A stretch of DNA of 64,000 nt from an uncultured candidate division Zixibacteria bacterium (lineage in GTDB: Bacteria > Zixibacteria > MSB-5A5 > UBA10806), in NCBI GenBank assembly GCA_963801605.1, contig CAWDFP010000007.1, positions 160,001 through 224,000 of the forward strand. Reading direction: 5' to 3'. Positions 61,449-64,000 of the stretch are shown piece by piece. Position 1 is the stretch's first letter. Each line of letters begins with the position of its first letter. The notes under the pieces were generated by a model. That model saw only the letters and a program-made list of their open reading frames with translations, had not been told where the DNA came from and made no database searches. A program made the position numbers and the translations under genes.

Positions 61449-62756
61449 TTATATCGGGAATCCCTTTGGCAAGGTCATCCGCGAAAATTGTTTAATCATC
61501 TTCTGCATCGACGCAAACTGCTTGAGCAGCATATTAATTTGCTGCACCGATGTCCCCGAGCCGGCGGCTATTCGCTTGCGACGGGAGCCATCTATTATTG
61601 ACGGATTCATCCGCTCTTTCTTGGTCATGCTATTGATTATAGCTTCCACACGGACTAACCCGGACTCATCTACTGTAATACCCTTGAGTTGCTTTCCCAT
61701 TCCCGGAATCATTTCCATAAGATTCTGCAACGGGCCCATCTTTTTGAGCTGTTTCAGCTGAGAAAGAAAATCCTCGAAAGTGAAGCTTTCTTTGCGAAGC
61801 TTCTTTTCGAGCTTTTCCGCCTCCTCCATGTCAATCGCATCCTGGGCCTTTTCAACTAACGATACAATATCGCCCATCCCAAGAATACGTGAGGCAATGC
61901 GGCTGGGATGAAATTCCTCGAGGTCGGAGAGTTTTTCACCAACGCCGATAAATTTTATGGGGATACCCAAAGCAGCTCTAAGCGACATCGCGGCGCCGCC
62001 CCTGGCATCACCATCCATCTTGGTTAAAACCGCCCCGGTTAAGCCCGCTCGCTTGTGAAATTCCGAAGCCACATTTAGAGCTTCCTGACCGGTCATGGCA
62101 TCAGCCACAAACAGCGTCTCTTGAGCGCCGGAAACTTTCTTGACATCCGATAGCTCGGTCATAAGCTCATTGTCTATCTGCAAACGACCGGCGGTATCTA
62201 TTATGACGATGTCATACATCTTTTCCCTGGCGAAAGAGATCGCATCCTTAGCAATATCAGACGCGCTCTTTTCGACGGTAAAAAACGGAATCTGAATTGA
62301 TTCTGCCAATACCTCCAGTTGCTTCTTGGCTGCCGGACGATGAATATCTGCCGCCACAAGCAGGGGACGGTTTCCCTTTTTGCGAAGATAAAGCGCCAGT
62401 TTGCCTGCTAACGTTGTTTTGCCTGAGCCCTGCAAACCGGCCAATAAGATTATCGTGGGGGGTGTGGGTGATATCGCCAGTTCGGCACGATTTCCGCCCA
62501 GAAGTTCCACCATTTCATCATGAACTATCTTGATCAACTGCTGGCCAGGAGTTATTGATTTGGTTACTTCCTGCCCAATAGCTTTCTTTTCAATTTCAGA
62601 AACAAAATTCTTAACGGCCTTGTAATTAACGTCAGCTTCCAGAAGAGCCAACCGGATCTCTTTACCAGCATCCTGGATATTCTTCTCCGAAAGGTAGCCG
62701 CGTCCGGTTAGCTTCTTGAAAATGCCGTCGAGTTTATCAGTTATCTGTTCAAACAT
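61449..62756 (-). CDS. ffh: Signal recognition particle protein Ffh
   Basis: ALLEADV, GLQGSGKTT, DTAGR, TKMDGDARGGAA, M domain. Confidence 0.99.
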   Translation of the reverse strand: MFEQITDKLDGIFKKLTGRGYLSEKNIQDAGKEIRLALLEADVNYKAVKNFVSEIEKKAIGQEVTKSITPGQQLIKIVHDEMVELLGGNRAELAISPTPPTIILLAGLQGSGKTTLAGKLALYLRKKGNRPLLVAADIHRPAAKKQLEVLAESIQIPFFTVEKSASDIAKDAISFAREKMYDIVIIDTAGRLQIDNELMTELSDVKKVSGAQETLFVADAMTGQEALNVASEFHKRAGLTGAVLTKMDGDARGGAAMSLRAALGIPIKFIGVGEKLSDLEEFHPSRIASRILGMGDIVSLVEKAQDAIDMEEAEKLEKKLRKESFTFEDFLSQLKQLKKMGPLQNLMEMIPGMGKQLKGITVDESGLVRVEAIINSMTKKERMNPSIIDGSRRKRIAAGSGTSVQQINMLLKQFASMQKMIKQFSRMTLPKGFPI

Positions 62757-63040
62757 ACCTTACCATTGCCCTATTTTACGCCTTACCTGGTTTGGAATAA
62801 TGCAAAAAAACCATTTAAGGCCCAAGGGCTAAACGGTTAAAATACCAATTATTTTAAGTTTGGCAATAGTTAATTGCATTAATACGATGATTTTAGCGAT
62901 ACTCCCGGGACCGGGATGCCAATCTCTTTTTGTCGAAAATTGAGGTAATTACGATGCTCGGCGGCAAATATTAACTGACATTCCGGAAGATTATTAGAAT
63001 CTGTCAAAATCAAATGAGGGTTACGCCATAATCCTTCTTA

Positions 63041-63075
63041 ATAAAAAACCGGGACCCCATTTTGAGATCCCGGTT
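63041..63075 (-). terminator. Intrinsic terminator
   Basis: AACCGGGA...TCCCGGTT stem preceded by an A-run on the plus strand. Confidence 0.7.
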
Positions 63076-63101
63076 ACAAGAACTAATTGTTTATTACTTA
63101 A

Positions 63102-64000
63102 CTACTTATCAGAATGAGCCGGCCCGTTAGGATTGGGGTTAAGCAAGTTTGATGGCGGGCAATCGGCGCAAGGGACTGCTCCCGGACCACCTTTGAAATA
63201 GCTAACCATATAAGTAACATCCAGTCCGTTGAAACTGCATGAGCCGTTAACATCTCCTGCTACAAACCAGGTATGTCCGGTGGTGCACTCGCAGGTATAA
63301 CCCGGGGCGGGGCCGCCTTTGAAATACCCCACGCTGTAGGTTACATCCAAACCGTTAAAGACACCGCTATTATTGGCATCGCCTATAGCATAGTGGCAGT
63401 TTGGGCCGACCGATAGAACCGCTATCGATACTGGAATATTGCCCGATGGTGTATCAGGATCGTTTGATGCCAGGGTAATATGGCCTGTATAATTACCGGG
63501 GCCGACGACAGTAGCGTCCAATCTCACGTTGGCAATGAGGCTATCCCCCGGAACGAGCGTATCTGCCGGCGGAGTGACGAAAAGCCAGTTATTGAGAAGA
63601 TGAGGAAGATCGGTATTATTACCATTGCCTCCGCCGTTGCTTGTTATTATCGGCATATCGTTATCGTTATTGCCATCAGGAGCAATCAGGCTGCCCTCGA
63701 TTCCGGTCAAAGTCAGAATTAAATTTGAGCCGCCTGTATTTTTAATTATCAGACTCCTGTCGATAATGGCTCCTTGATTGATATTCTCGGTAAACGACGC
63801 TGGACGCCAGGTAATATTCGGTGGAGGCGGCGCCGTAACCCGAAGCTGTATCGGCATCGTAACCTGCGAATGGGTCGGATCGTTCGTAGTCGTAATCAGC
63901 GAGCTATTATACAACGCAGGAGTCAAGCCAATCGCGCTGAGAGTGACTGCATGCAGGATACTATCACCAGGTGCAATATTGTAGGGGCCGGGCGCTGTCG
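63102..64000 (-). CDS. 3' end of a large secreted protein with Ig-like repeats and a Cys-rich dockerin-like domain
   Basis: Frame open to the window edge; SNDPD Ig-like motifs; duplicated GDANNSGVFNGLDVTY / GDVNGSCSFNGLDVTY. Confidence 0.8.
   Translation of the reverse strand, partial: TAPGPYNIAPGDSILHAVTLSAIGLTPALYNSSLITTTNDPTHSQVTMPIQLRVTAPPPPNITWRPASFTENINQGAIIDRSLIIKNTGGSNLILTLTGIEGSLIAPDGNNDNDMPIITSNGGGNGNNTDLPHLLNNWLFVTPPADTLVPGDSLIANVRLDATVVGPGNYTGHITLASNDPDTPSGNIPVSIAVLSVGPNCHYAIGDANNSGVFNGLDVTYSVGYFKGGPAPGYTCECTTGHTWFVAGDVNGSCSFNGLDVTYMVSYFKGGPGAVPCADCPPSNLLNPNPNGPAHSDK

Noticed and set aside
62757..63040. SRP RNA next to ffh
   Set aside because: No long hairpin with the conserved helix-8 motif seen

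Overview
Chromosomal core region of a bacterium, most likely candidate division Zixibacteria (FCB group). This placement is inferred from YPNPFN-type C-terminal sorting domains, a Cys-rich dockerin-like C-terminus and a Bacteroidota-type bS22 peptide. The window holds two translation operons (proS-rimP-nusA-infB-DUF503-rbfA-DHH; ffh-rpsP-khpA-rimM-trmD-rplS-rnhB), three tRNAs (Arg-CCG, Pro-CGG, Arg-CCU) and mutL-miaA-mltD. It also has a ferritin/rubredoxin/flavoprotein/nadA operon, a B12 acyl-CoA mutase cluster whose active-site residues point to isobutyryl-CoA mutase, trxB/lipA/cobO, four secreted hydrolase genes, a large CoA-activase fusion, rocD and a MATE pump. About 13 genes carry single-base frameshifts, probably long-read consensus errors. 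No CRISPR, integrase or transposase was seen. The most notable unexplained signals are: (1) polar NNCTGAG heptamer arrays, each opening with TARTYAG, at the 3' ends of both tRNA-Arg genes, rplS and an Avd-like four-helix-bundle gene; (2) an Arg-rich leader ORF before ornithine aminotransferase; (3) an FNR-like flavoprotein that has lost its NADPH-binding motifs.
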